Assembly (NCBI RefSeq): GCF_032444005.1
Contig: NC_091286.1
Span: forward strand, 487,692,001-487,756,000
DNA from: Ranitomeya imitator
Lineage: Eukaryota
Length of the DNA stretch: 64,000 nt
Reading direction: 5' to 3'
Positions within the stretch are counted from its first letter, which is position 1. The number at the start of each line of letters is the position of its first letter. Below the pieces are notes generated by a model. That model was not told where the DNA came from. It saw only the letters and a program-made list of their open reading frames with translations, and made no database searches. Shown piece by piece: positions 49,051-61,791 of the stretch. Both the position numbers and the translations under genes were made by a program.

Positions 49051-50079
49051 GTGAGAATACACAACTACCATTTAAGAACTGTTCATATGAAAAGAATAAG
49101 TCATAACTGCCAAAATATTACTTATGTTCTACTCACAATTTTTTTGAAAGCTATACTTTACTAAAGAGCATCTGCCAATAAAATGTATGTTTTTAGCAGT
49201 CAGAGATTCTGAGAAAATAATTGATGGAGTGAAGTCCATCCTTCTAATATTTCAATGCTTACATGTTTTATTATATAGGAAATTTAAATAATAAGTTGTT
49301 GGCTAGATAAATTTTCATAAACAGAAAATGACTTCTGCAGAGTAATTAGGCTGACTCAATATGGGCTGGACAAATGGCAACCTATTTCCTTTGTGACGAC
49401 CATATTTAATGGAGTTCTGCCTGGGCCAAAACATCCCATTATATTTTTAGGAAAACCTGCACAATAAAATATTTTGGCATCTAAATGTATGTAATAGAGA
49501 TGAGCAGATCTTTTGAAGATCAATCCTTCTGGATTTTTCCTACTATTTGATTAATGGGAAATCAATATCCTGCAGAATTTAATTACTTCAATTGTCCTTA
49601 AAAGGTGTCTATAACAATCTGAGGTCTCCTAGGACTGTATACCACCTATTTCAATTTCCTTAACCCCTTCCCGACCCATGACGCCACGTAGGCGTCATGA
49701 AAGTCGGTGCCAATCCGACCCATGACGCCTATGTGGCGTCATGGAAAGATCGCGTCCCTGCAGATCGGGTGAAAGGGTTAACTCCCATTTCACCCGATCT
49801 GCAGGGACAGGGGGAGTGGTAGTTTAGCCCAGGGGGGGTGGCTTCACCCCCTCGTGGCTACGATCGCTCTGATTGGCTGTTGAAAGTGAAACTGCCAATC
49901 AGAGCGATTTGTAATATTTCACCTATTATAACGGGTGAAATATTACAATCCAGCCATGGCCGATGCTGAAATATCATCGGCCATTGCTGGAAATACTAAT
50001 GTGCCCCCACCCCACCCCACCGATCGCCCCCCCAGCCCCCCGATCTGTCCGGTACACTGCTCCGGCTCCCCTCTGTCCT

Positions 50080-50310
50080 GTGCTCCGCTCCCCCCCGTGC
50101 TCTTGTCCGCTCCCCCCGTGCTTCAATCACCTCCCCGTGCTCCGATCACCCCCCCTGCACTCCGATCCACCCCCCTCCGTGCTCCGTTCCACCCCCCCGT
50201 GCTCCGTTCCAGCCCCCCCGTGCTCCGTTCCACGCCCCCATGCTCCGTTCCACGCCTGCCGCGCTCCGATTCCCCCACCCATGCTCCGATCCCCCCCCGT
50301 GCTCCCACCC
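50080..50310. repeat. C-rich minisatellite (CCCCCCGTGCTCCG(T/A)TCCA-like)
   Basis: About 11 imperfect 18-20-bp units. Confidence 0.75.
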
Positions 50311-50579
50311 CCACCGTATCATACTTACCGATCCTGCCGGGGTCCGTCCGTCTTCTCCCCGGGCGCCGCCATCTTCCAAAATGGCGGGCGCATGCGCAGT
50401 GCGCCCGCCGAATCTGCCGGCCGGCAGATTCGTTCCAAAGTGCATTTTGATCACTGAGATATAATCTATCTCAGTGATCAAAATAAAAAAAATAATAAAT
50501 GACCCCCCCCCCTTTGTCACCCCTATAGGTAGGGACAATAAAAAAATAAAGAAATTTTTTTTTTCCACTAATGTTAGAA

Positions 50580-50670
50580 TAGGGTTAGGGTTAGGGTTAG
50601 GGGTAGGGTTAGGGGTAGGGTTAGGGGTAGGGTTAGGGTTAGGGTTAGGGGTAGGGTTAGGGGTAGGGCT
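50580..50670. repeat. Telomere-like (TTAGGG/GTAGGG)n tract, continuing at 51370-51520
   Basis: Directly visible; split by nested Harbinger MITEs. Confidence 0.9.
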
Positions 50671-50672
50671 TC

Positions 50673-51015
50673 GGTATGTGCACACGTATTCTGGTCCTCT
50701 GCGGATTTTTCCGCTGCGGATTTGATAAATCCGCAGTGCTAAACCGCTGCGGATTTATGGCGGATTTACCGCGTTTTTTTCTGCGCATTTCACTGCGGTT
50801 TTACAATTGCGATTTTCTTTTGGAGCAGTTGTAAAACCGCTGCTGAATCCGCACAAAGAAGTGACATGCTGCGGAATGTAAACCGCTGCGTTTCCGTGCA
50901 GTTTTTCTGCAGCATGTGTACAGCGTTTTTTGTTTCCCGTAGGTTTACATTGAACTGTAAACTCATGGGAAACTGCTGCGGATCCGCAGCGTTTTCCGCA
51001 GCGTGTGCACATACC
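50673..51015. mobile_element. Harbinger-type MITE
   Basis: GGTATGTGCACACG/CGTGTGCACATACC TIR. TSD imperfect. Confidence 0.75.
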
Positions 51016-51025
51016 TTTAGAATTA

Positions 51026-51369
51026 GGCCATGTGCACACGGTGCAGATTTGGCTGCGGATTCGCAGCAGTGTTCCGTCAGGTTTACAGTACCATGTAAAC
51101 ATTTGAAAAACCAAATCCGCTGTGCCCATGGTGCGGAAAATACCGCGCGGAAACGCTGCGTTGTATTTTCCGCAGCATGTCAATTCTTTGTGCGGATTCC
51201 GCAGCGTTTTACACCTGTTCCTCAATAGGAATCCGCAGGTGAAATCCGCACAAAAAATACTGGAAAACCGCGGAAAATCCGCAGGTAAAACGCAGTGCCT
51301 TTTACCCGCGTATTTTTCAAAAATGATGCTGAAAAATCTCACACGAATCCGCAACGTGGGCACATAGCC
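51026..51369. mobile_element. Harbinger-type MITE
   Basis: GGC(C/T)ATGTGC(A/C)CACG termini, TTA on both sides. Confidence 0.8.
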
Positions 51370-51544
51370 TTAGGGTTAGGGGTGGAATTAGGGTTGTGGT
51401 TAGGGGTGTGATTAGGGTTATGGCTACAGTTGGGATTAGGGTTAGGGGTGTGTTAGGGTTAGGGTTGTGATTAGGGTTATGGCTACAGTTGGGATTAGGG
51501 TTAGGGGTGTGGGGGGGTTAGTGTTGGAGTTAGAATTGAGGGGT

Positions 51545-54500
51545 TTCCACTGTTTAGGCACATCAGGGGGTCTCCAAACGCAACATGGCGCCACCATTGA
51601 TTCCAGCCAATCTCGTATTCAAAAAGTCAAATGGTGCTCCCTCAATTCCGAGCCCTGACGTGTGCCCAAACAGTGGTTTACCCCCACATATGTGATACCA
51701 GCATACTCAGGATAAACTGCGCAACAATTACTGGGGTCCAGTTTCTCCTGTTACCCTTGTGAAAATAAAGAAATGCTTGCTAAAACATCATTTTTGAGGA
51801 AAGAAAAATGATTTTTTATTTTCACGGCTCTGCGTTGTAAACATCTGTGAAGCACTTGGGGGTTCAAAGTGCTCACCACATATCTAGATAAGTTCCTTGG
51901 GGGGTCTAGTTTCTAAAATGGGGTCACTTCTGGGGGGTTTCTACTGTTTAGGCACACCAGGGGGTCTCCAAACGCAACATGGCGCCACCATTGATTCCAG
52001 CCAATCTCGTATTCAAAAAGTCAAATGGTGCTCCCTCAATTCCGAGCCCTGACGTGTGCCCAAACAGTGGTTTACCCCCACATATGGGGTACCAGCATAC
52101 TCAGGATAAACTGCGCAACAATTACTGGGGTCCAGTTTCTCCTGTTACCCTTGTGAAAATAAAGAAATGCTTGCTAAAACATCATTTTTGAGGAAAGAAA
52201 AATGATTTTTTATTTTCACGGCTCTGCGTTGTAAACGTCTGTGAAGCACTTGGGGGTTCAAAGTGCTCACCACATATCTAGATAAGTTCCTTGGGGGGTC
52301 TAGTTTCTAAAATGGGGTCACTTGTGGGGGGTTTCTACTGTTTAGGCACACCAGGGGGTCTCCAAACGCAACATGGCGCCACCATTGATTCCAGCCAATC
52401 TCGTATTCAAAAAGTCAAATGGTGCTCCCTCAATTCCGAGCCCTGACGTGTGCCCAAACAGTGGTTTACCCCCACATATGGGGTACCAGCATACTCAGGA
52501 TAAACTGCGCAACAATTACTGGGGTCCAGTTTCTCCTGTTACCCTTGTGAAAATAAAGAAATGCTTGCTAAAACATCATTTTTGAGGAAAGAAAAATGAT
52601 TTTTTATTTTCACGGCTCTGCGTTGTAAACGTCTGTGAAGCACTTGGGGGTTCAAAGTGCTCACCACATATCTAGATAAGTTCCTTAGGGGATCTAGTTT
52701 CTAAAATGGGGTCACTTGTGGGGGTTTCTACTGTTTAGGCACACCAGGGGCTCTGCAAATGCAACGTGACACCCGCAGACCATTCCATCAAAGTCTGCAT
52801 TTCAAAAGTCACTACTTCCCTTCTGAGCCCCGATGTGTGCCCAAACAGTGGTTTACCCCCACACATGGGGTATCAGCGTACTCAGGAGAAACTGGACAAC
52901 AACTTTTGGGGTCCAATTTCTCCTGTAACCCTTGGAAAAATAAAAAATTCTGGGCTAAATAATTATTTTTGAGGAAAGAAAACGTATTTATTATTTTCAC
53001 GGCTCTGCATTATAAACTTCTGTGAAGCACTTGGGGGTTCAAAGTGCTCACCACACATCTAGATAAGTTCCTTTCGGGGTCTAGTTTCCAAAATGGGGTC
53101 ACTTGTGGGGGGTTTCTACTGTTAAGCCACATCAGGGGCTCTGCAAACGCAACGTGACGCCCACAGAGCATTCCATCAAAGTCTGCATTTCAAAACGTCA
53201 CTACTTCACTTCCGAGCCCCGGCATGTGCCCAAACAGTGGTTTACCCCCACATATGGGGTATCAGCGTACTCAGGAGAAACTGGACAACGACTTTTGGGG
53301 TCAAATTTCTCCTGTTACCCTTTGGAAAATAAAAAATTGCAGGCTAAAAGATCATTTTTGAAAAAATAATTTTTTTTTTTTATTTTCATGGCTCTGCGTT
53401 ATAAACTTCTGTGAAGCACTTGGGGGTTCAAAGTCCTCACCACACATCTAGATTAGTTCCTTTGGGGGTCTAGTTTCCAAAATGGGGTCATTTCTGGGGG
53501 ATCTCCAATGTTTAGGCACACAGGGGCTCTCCAAACGTGACATGGTGTCCGCTAATGATTGGAGCTAATTTTCCATTTAAAAAGCCAAATGGCGTGCCAT
53601 CCCTTCCGAGCCCTGCCGTGCGCCCAAACAGTGGTTTACCCCCACATATGGGGTATCAGCGTACTCAGGACAAACTGGACAACAATATTTGGGGTCCAAT
53701 TTCTCCGATTATCCTTGGCAAAATAGGAAATTCCAGGCTAAAAAATCATTTTTGAGGAAAGAAAAATTATTTTTTATTTTCATGGCTCTGCGTTATAAAC
53801 TTCTGTGAAGCACCTGGGGGTTTAAAGTGCTCAATATGCATCTAGATAAGTTCCTTGGGGGGTCTAGTTTCCAAAATGGGGTCACTTGTGGGGGAGCTCC
53901 AATGCATAGGCACACAGGGGCTCTCCAAACGCGACATGGTGTCCGCTAACAATTGGAGCTAATTTTCCATTCAAAAAGTCAAATGGCGCGCCTTCCCTTC
54001 CGAGCCCTGCCGTGTGCCCAAACAGTGGTTTACCCCCACATATGAGGTATCGGCGTACTCGGGAGAAATTGCCCAACAAATTTTATGATCCATTTTATCC
54101 TACTGCCCATGTGAAAATGAAAAAATTGAGGCGAAAAAAAAATTTTTGTGAAAAAAAAGTACTTTTTCATTTTTACAGATCAATTTGTGAAGCACCTGAG
54201 GGTTTAAAGTGCTCACTAGGCATCTAAATAAGTTCCTTGGGGGGTCTAGTTTCCAAAATGGGGTCACTTGTGGGGGAGCGCCAATGTTTAGGCACACAGG
54301 AGCTCTCCAAACGCGACATGGTGTCCGCTAACGATGGAAATAATTTTTCATTCAAAAAGTCAAATGGCGCTCCTTCCCTTCCGAGCCTTGCCATGTGCCC
54401 AAACAGTGGTTTACCCCCACATATGAGGTATCGGCATACTCAGGAGAAATTGCCCAACACATTTTAGGATCCATTTTATCCTGTTGCCCATGTGAAAATG

Positions 54501-54960
54501 AAAAAATTGAGGCTAAAAAAATTTTTTGTGAAAAAAAAGTACTTTTTCATTTTTACGGATCAATTTGTGAAGCACCTAGGGGTTCAAAGTGCTCACTATG
54601 CATCTAGATAAGTTCCTTGGGGCGTCTAGTTTCCAAAATGGGGTCACTTGTGGGGGAGCTCCAATTTTTAGGCACACTGGGGCTCTCCAAACGTGACATG
54701 GTGTCCGCTAAAGAGTGGAGCCAATTTTTGATTCAAAAAGTCAAATGGCGCTCCTTCCCTTCCAAGCCCTGCCGTGCGCCCAAACAGTGGTTTACCCCCA
54801 CATATGAGGTATCAGCGTACTCAGGACAAATTGGACAACAACATTCGTGGTTCAGTTTCTCCTTTTACCATTGGGAAAATAAAAAAATTGTTGCTAAAAG
54901 ATAATTTTTGTGACTAAAAAGTTAAATGTTCATTTTTTCCTTCCATGTTGCTTCTGCTGC
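51545..54960. repeat. About 394-bp tandem array (about 9 units)
   Basis: Identical 70-aa spurious ORFs at 51979 and 52373 (offset 394). The first three units are near-identical and later units diverge. Confidence 0.9.
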
Positions 54961-55542
54961 TGTGAAGCACCTGAAGGGTTAATAAACTTCTTGAATGTGG
55001 TTTTGAGTACCTTGAGGGGTGCAGTTTTCAGAATGGTGTCACTTTTGGGTATTTTCAGCCATATAGACCCCTCAAACTGACTTCAAATGTGAGGTGGTCC
55101 CTAAAAAAAATGGTTTTGTAAATTTCGTTGTAAAAATGACAAATCGCTGGTCAAATTTTAACCCTTATAACTTCCTAGCAAAAAAAAATTTTGTTTCCAA
55201 AATTGTGCTGATGTAAAGTATACATGTGGGAAATGTTATTTATTAACTATTTTGTGTCACATAACTCTCTAGTTTAACAGAATAAAAGTTCAAAATGTGA
55301 AAATTGCGAAATTTTCTAAATTTTCGCCAAATTTCCGTTTTTATCACAAATAAACGCATAATTTATTGATCTAAATTTACCACTAACATGAAGCCCAATA
55401 TGTCATGAAAAAACAATCTCAGAACCGCTAGGATCCGTTGAAGCGTTCCTGAGTTATTACCTCATAAAGGGACACTGGTCAGAATTGCAAAAAAACGGCA
55501 AGGTCTTTAAGGTCAAAATAGGCTGGGTCATGAAGGGGTTAA

Positions 55543-55953
55543 AGATGTTGTCCACTACTTTTACATGGATGACCTATCCTTAGCCTAGGTCATCAGTAAC
55601 TGAACGGCCAGAGTCGACACCCAACACCCTTGCCGATCAGCTGTTATTGGTGGCGTTGGCGACTGCTGGACGGAAGTTATTACTAACCGAGCTGCTATGT
55701 CTACTTGTATAGGCTGTGGGTTGTTACTGCACATACGAATCCTATTTAATTCAATAGGAAGTGGATGTGTAGTACCCTGCGGCAGCAATTACAAGTAGAT
55801 GGAGCAGTTTGGTAACTGAGTACTTTCTGCCAGCAGCCGCCAACCACTGATAACAGCTGATCGGCAGGATGCCGTTTGTGGGACCCAGGCCATTCAAACA
55901 TTGATGACCAATCCTAAGGATAGGTCATCAATATAAAAGTAGAGGAAACCTCT
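55543..55953. mobile_element. Old T2/Kolobok-type MITE
   Basis: TTAA flanks. Subterminal GATGACC(T/A)ATCCT/AGGATAGGTCATC inverted repeat shared with 47335-47721. Confidence 0.7.
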
Positions 55954-56253
55954 TTAATGCAAACATAACCTTAGTAATTTCAAAGCGACCACAACTTATA
56001 TGGGTATATGTAAACAGTAGAGATGATCAAATCTTTAGAAATTCAAATTTTATCAAAAAAATATATTTGCGAATAAATTAGCTGAAAATTAAAGGTCCTC
56101 CAATTGCAATGAAAATATATCTACACTCTGAGGTCTCCTAGGACTGTATCCAGTGACATTTAACCTCTTTCATGCAAACACAGCTCTAGTAATGTATTCA
56201 ATAAGGAGTAGAAATGCAGCACTCACTCGTATCCATTGAATAAAAGTCCTTTA

Positions 56254-57699
56254 GGCTACTTTCACACTATTAAGGCTAGCGGAATGCACTAAATAATTAG
56301 AAATATAGTATAAGGTGCGTTCGCAGCCTGGGGTCCATCTTGCAGAGATGAAACCTGCTGCTGAATAATGACAAACTATATGGTGGTACAATGTGGAAAC
56401 ACACACTGGTTAGCTTCACCCTGTATAAAGGAAGCAAACCCTGTTGCATCACAGGGCCGCGGTACCGCACAAAGAGTGCAAGCAAGGAGTCACAGAACTC
56501 TATCCCAAGACTCAGGATTAGAGTTCCTCTAGACCTTTTGTGCTTGACACCGCTACTGGGGTGTCAAAGTATAACAGAAATAATAATTTTAATGCACAAG
56601 AGTACGTGCAGTGCCGCTCTGGTGGACGCCACTAACCACCCAGACTTGGGTCAGGAAAGCGCTCTAATAGCACACGTCGCCACACTGGCAGTCACAGCAA
56701 TAAGACGCTGTATCGTGTGTTAAGTGCTGATAGCTCTGTCGGGCGCTAGATAGCAAACATCCACCATACACGAGCTGTCAAACACTAGGGAGGGGATGAT
56801 TAATGAGCGACTTTCACACACACATACATTTTCAAGTATACACTAGCGCATGGCCAAGCAAACTTTTTATAGCAGCAGTGCTACAGGACCTTCCAGATGG
56901 TCCAATAGGAACTGCAACAGGACCTGAGCATGTGACCCCCGACATCCAATGGGAGTTCAACCCGTGGGCATGCTCAGTATGGGAAAAGCAGGACTTAGTC
57001 CCAGAAAGACCTGCTCACTGCTGATCAGTGCTGGTTACAAAGGCAGAGCCTGGAAGGGCAACAGTAACCAGTTGCACAGTATCAGCTTGAGCCAGATGCT
57101 GGGACTGACGTCTCCGCTGAGCAGGCTCCACTGTGGCTGGAGAAGAATGTGAGACCACAGCAGAGATGGTTCGAGATTCCCCCTGTGCAGAGGTGGGAAC
57201 TCGACACCTAACACATCAGGCGCAATCCGGCAAGTTTTGAAAAAAAGATGCGTTTTTTTCTCATAGAGTTGTATTAGTGCCGAATGGTGCCTGATGGCCA
57301 CACATTTCATCAGTTTTTTGCCTGATCCATCTAAAAAAAATTTCAGTCGGCCAGAGAAAACGTTCATAGTAACGTTTTTTCTGTCCGGAGGAAAAACACC
57401 ACGCGACGGTTCCAGCGATAAACGGATCAAACTGACATGTGAAATGATGAATCCGGCCTACGAATCCATTTTTTTCCATACAATCATGAAAAATTTCCAC
57501 TGTGGAGTCTCTCTCTCTCTCTCTCCTTTTCCCTGGAACAGGAAGTCCAAACTCTATATCCGGGTTCATTAAAAAAAAAATGGATCCAGCAAAGAAACCG
57601 ATCCGTTGCTTCAGTTTTTCACAATTTGCAACGGATCCATTTTTTTACAAATTTTCCGGATCCTGCCTGACGGCAAAAACCCGATGTGAGAAAGTAGCC
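56254..57699. mobile_element. Harbinger-type MITE interrupted by a solo LTR
   Basis: TIR GGCTACTTTC(A/T)CAC, TSD TTA (56251-56253, 57700-57702). Confidence 0.85.
56268..57213 (-). mobile_element. Solo LTR related to the Gypsy LTR at 2765-3733
   Basis: Minus strand begins TGTTAGGTGTCGAGTTCCC and is colinear with the LTR at 2765. The other end is TATTAAGG (TG mutated). TSD not resolved. Confidence 0.85.
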
Positions 57700-58922
57700 T
57701 TATTTTATACACATGGACATCATTATTTGCGGCAGGCAGGTAGAAACAGGGGTTGCAGCAGGGGAAAAGAGAAACATCTAACTACTTTGGTGCCTCTTTG
57801 TTCTTACACAGCCCTAGTAATGTCTTAATTGATCTCGCCATAAAAATGGATGTTAACTCTATAGTACCACAATGCACTGATGAACACCGTGAATAGAAAA
57901 CTTGCACCTGCAACAAGTCGCTGTATTTGTATAGCATGTGCTGATGTAAAATTTGACCTTACCTTATGAGGTAAACAGTCGTAGTTAAATGTCTGGATTT
58001 GGGGGAATTTTTTGGGGGGATCCATAAAAAACAATTATTCTCTTTTTCACATATACAGTAGGATTGTATAAGAAATTAAAGTACAAAGTACAGTCACTTC
58101 TACCTAGCAAGCACACCTTCTTTGACTGACGCTAATTTCAGATTTTTTTTCTGAAAAAAAAATGTGTTGCTTGTTTTTAATACATTAAGAACATAGAAAA
58201 AGAAAATGTAACTGTAATTGAAATGATGCAGGACAAATACCAGCTAAACCATATCACTGATCTATTACAATGAGTCTGGCACTGCTTCTGATACCTCTCT
58301 ATTTCTCGCTTCCTCTATAAGCTGAATCTGTATTATCATTAGCAGACCATTACAATCATCTTCTTCAGTGTTGCAGTTGCACAACAGATTACTGTCTGAA
58401 ATATTTGTCCAATGTTTCAGGGCTTTCACTTCCTTTCTCTATTGCTGAGCTGTGGGCTCTGTTCACCTCTCACTATCCTGAATTACCCTAATGTGCTACT
58501 GCATTCCCTGCCCCTGCTTTTATGCAGCCAATGGCAGTCCTTCAAAATGGGTTGTGTCATACCCTGTGATGTAATAGCTGAAGAGCATTATGGGAAGTTC
58601 ATGCAGTCATGCCAGACATGACACTTCAACAATTCATAAAATAGAAATCGACTTTGTCTTAGTGATTTGTGCAAAGTTAATTACTAATTGTTCAAATTTA
58701 CCAAGATCTTCAAATTTAATAAAATTCTACATGTAATTGATTTGCATCAAATCGATTCACTCATTTCTAATATACTGTATACATTTTGTATTCTCCAGAA
58801 TATTTATTTCTGTAACATTTGAGTAAAATTCAATTCCACTCCAATAAATCCACCGATCTCTAATTTTCATCATAGCATTCATCACCATAGCTTTTTCGTG
58901 TAAATGCTTCCTTTCTGGCAAC

Positions 58923-58925
<3 letters not shown>

Positions 58926-58961
<36 letters not shown>
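58926..58961. repeat. (TA)n microsatellite at the Tc1 insertion site
   Basis: Directly visible. Confidence 0.95.
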
Positions 58962-58964
<3 letters not shown>

Positions 58965-60565
58965 TGGGGCAAAAAAGTATTTAATCAGTCAGCAATAGTG
59001 CAAGTTCCACCACTTAAAAAGATGAGAGGCGTCTGTAATTTACATCATAGGTAGACCTCAACTATGGGAGACAAACTGAGAAAAAAAATCCAGAAAATCA
59101 CATTGTCTGTTTTTTTATCATTTTTTTTTCATATTATGGTGGAAAATAAGTATTTGGTCAGAAACAAACAATCAAGATTTCTGGCTCTCACAGACCTGTA
59201 ACTTCTTCTTTAAGGATCTCCTCTTTCCTCCACTCATTACCTGTAGTAATGGCACCTGTTTAAACTTGTTATCAGTATAAAAAGACACCTGTGCACACCC
59301 TCAAACAGTCTGACTCCAAACTCCACTATGGTGAAGACCAAAGAGCTGTCAAAGGACACCAGAAACAAAATTGTAGCCCTGCACCAGGCTGGGAAGACTG
59401 AATCTGCAATAGCCAACCAGCTTTGAGTAAAGAAATCAACAGTGGGAGCAATAATTAGAAAATAGAAGACATACAAGACCACTGATAATCTCCCTCGATC
59501 TGGGGCTCCACGCAAAATCCCACCCCGTGGGGTCAGAATGATCACAAGAACGGTGAGCAAAAATCCCAGAACCACGCGGGGGGACCTAGTGAATGAACTG
59601 CAGAGAGCTGGGACCAATGTAACAAGGCCTACCATAAGTAACACACTATGCCACCATGGACTCAGATCCTGCAGTGCCAGACGTGTCCCACTGCTTAAGC
59701 CAGTACATGTCCGGGCCCGTCTGAAGTTTGCTAGAGAGCATTTGGATGATCCAGAGGAGTTTTGGGAGAATGTCCTATGGTCTGATGAAACCAAACTGGA
59801 ACTGTTTGGTAGAAACATAACTTGTCGTGTTTGGAGGAAAAAGAATACTGAGTTGCATCCATCAAACACCATACCTACTGTAAAGCATGGTGGTGGAAAC
59901 ATCATGCTTTGGGGCTGTTTCTCTGCAAAGGGGCCAGGACGACTGATCCGGGTACATGAAAGAATGAATGGGGCCATGTATCGTGAGATTTTGAGTGCAA
60001 ACCTCCTTCCATCAGCAAGGGCATTGAAGATGAAACATGGCTGGGTCTTTCAACATGACAATGATCCAAAGCACACCGCCAGGGCAACGAAGGAGTGGCT
60101 TCGTAAGAAGCATTTCAAGGTCCTGGAGTGGCCTAGCCAGTCTCCAGATCTCAACCCTGTAGAAAACCTTTGGAGGGAGTTGAAAGTCCGTGTTGCCAAG
60201 CGAAAAGCCAAAAACATCACTGCTCTAGAGGAGATCTGCATGGAGGAATGGGCCAACATACCAACAACAGTGTGTGGCAACCTTGTGAAGACTTACAGAA
60301 AACGTTTGACCTCTGTCATTGCCAACAAAGGATATATTACAAAGTATTGAGATGAAATTTTGTTTCTGACCAAATACTTATTTTCCACCATAATATGCAA
60401 ATAAAATGTTAAAAAACAGACAATGTGATTTTCTGGATTTTTTTTTCTCAGTTTGTCTCCCATAGTTGAGGTCTACCTATGATGTAAATTACAGACGCCT
60501 CTCATCTTTTTAAGTGGTGGAACTTGCACTATTGCTGACTGACTAAATACTTTTTTGCCCCACTG
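58962..60565 (+). mobile_element. Full-length Tc1 (DD34E) transposon, copy 2
   Basis: TA flanks, long TIRs CAGTGGGGCAAAAAAG/CTTTTTTGCCCCACTG. Confidence 0.97.
59328..60350 (+). pseudogene. Tc1 transposase (340 codons) with nonsense mutations G33* and W46*
   Basis: ATG at 59328, TGA at 59424, TAG at 59463. The remaining frame is open, with SDETK and D-34-E spacing (HDNDPKH...NPVE). Confidence 0.95.
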
Positions 60566-61791
60566 TATATATAAACTATTCAGACTGTCAAAGAGGAAAT
60601 ATGCACTATAAAAGCTACTAAGCTGCTTGAATGTTTACAAAAATACAGAATCTGGATCTTATGGATTTTTTGTAAGTTGCTCAGTGTGAATTCGGCAAAA
60701 TGGTGGCCAACTGAAACACCATCCTGCTGAACAATAGAGAGCTGGCAAAAGATAACAATGAAAAAACATACTCACCTTGCCAATCTCCTTTCTGGATGCC
60801 CCTGCTGCTTCATGCCCACTGTCTGGTCCTACGCGTCTCTGTTGCGCCACATATCTGGTCCAATGTTCACTGTACACCTTGGCTTCTGGCTATAAGTAGG
60901 CTCCAAAGTTCATTGCGCATGCACCGAGGTGTACTTATGGCTGGTGGCCACTGCTCAAAGTGAACATTGTGGCTCAGACAATCAGCATGCTGGTGTTAGG
61001 GTGGACTGAACAACAGACAGGGAGCAGTGGGAGCAGTCAGAAAGGTGAGCCATGGTATCATTTTTTTAACCTTTTCCCGGGTCTCAAGTTTTTGTTTGTC
61101 CCTGCTACTCCCTGTGTGCTGTCGGTCTTGTGTTCACTCTAGGCTGAGTCTTCCAGCCACGAGCAGAACTGAGTGTTCACTGCGCATGGACAGTTAAACT
61201 TGGGACCTGCTAGTGACCTATATTTACCACCAGGCTGGAAATGCAGTAAACAGCGGGGGTGACCAAAGAGGTGACTATTGAAGAGAGTATGAGTTTTTCT
61301 TTTTTACATTTTACGAATATTGTGCTTCAGGATCTGTAGTGACTCCAGAACATAAAAGGGACGTTTCAATGGACTGAGAATAACTTTAGTGCAATTCAAA
61401 TTTCCCAGTAAAATCTGTGCAATTTGACTCATTCTATTGTGTTAGATCCACTCATCTCTAGTGAGAACCATTACTGTTTGATGCAGATGTGCATTATCTA
61501 CCAAGCAGTGTCTTTTTTCACCATACGGCCTATCCAATATTCTGTCAACCTAATTCCTCTGTTGCAATTATTTTCATATGATTGAAAGGTCACTGCGCTA
61601 AAGCAACTGGAAAAAAAGGAAGAACATTTTATCTAATGAGAGAGATAATACCTGTTTTTACAGAGGTACCTACAGGACCATTACTATATTGCCCTTAATG
61701 CTCAATGGGTTAAGTACTGTTACAAATGAACACTGTTAATATAACTCACCATTTGGAGTATATGTATGAAGGTTACTGATACATAACAATA

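Larger units (their letters stand above)
49664..55538. mobile_element. 5.9-kb non-autonomous piggyBac-like element in SI intron
   Basis: TTAA TSD (49660-49663, 55539-55542). TIR CCCCTTC(CC/AT)GACCCA. Shares an arm and the 394-bp array with 5594-9691 in opposite orientation. Confidence 0.8.

Noticed and set aside
58412-58621. 69-aa ORF with hydrophobic start as SI exon 4
   Set aside because: Lacks the trefoil CCW/PWC pattern in any frame.
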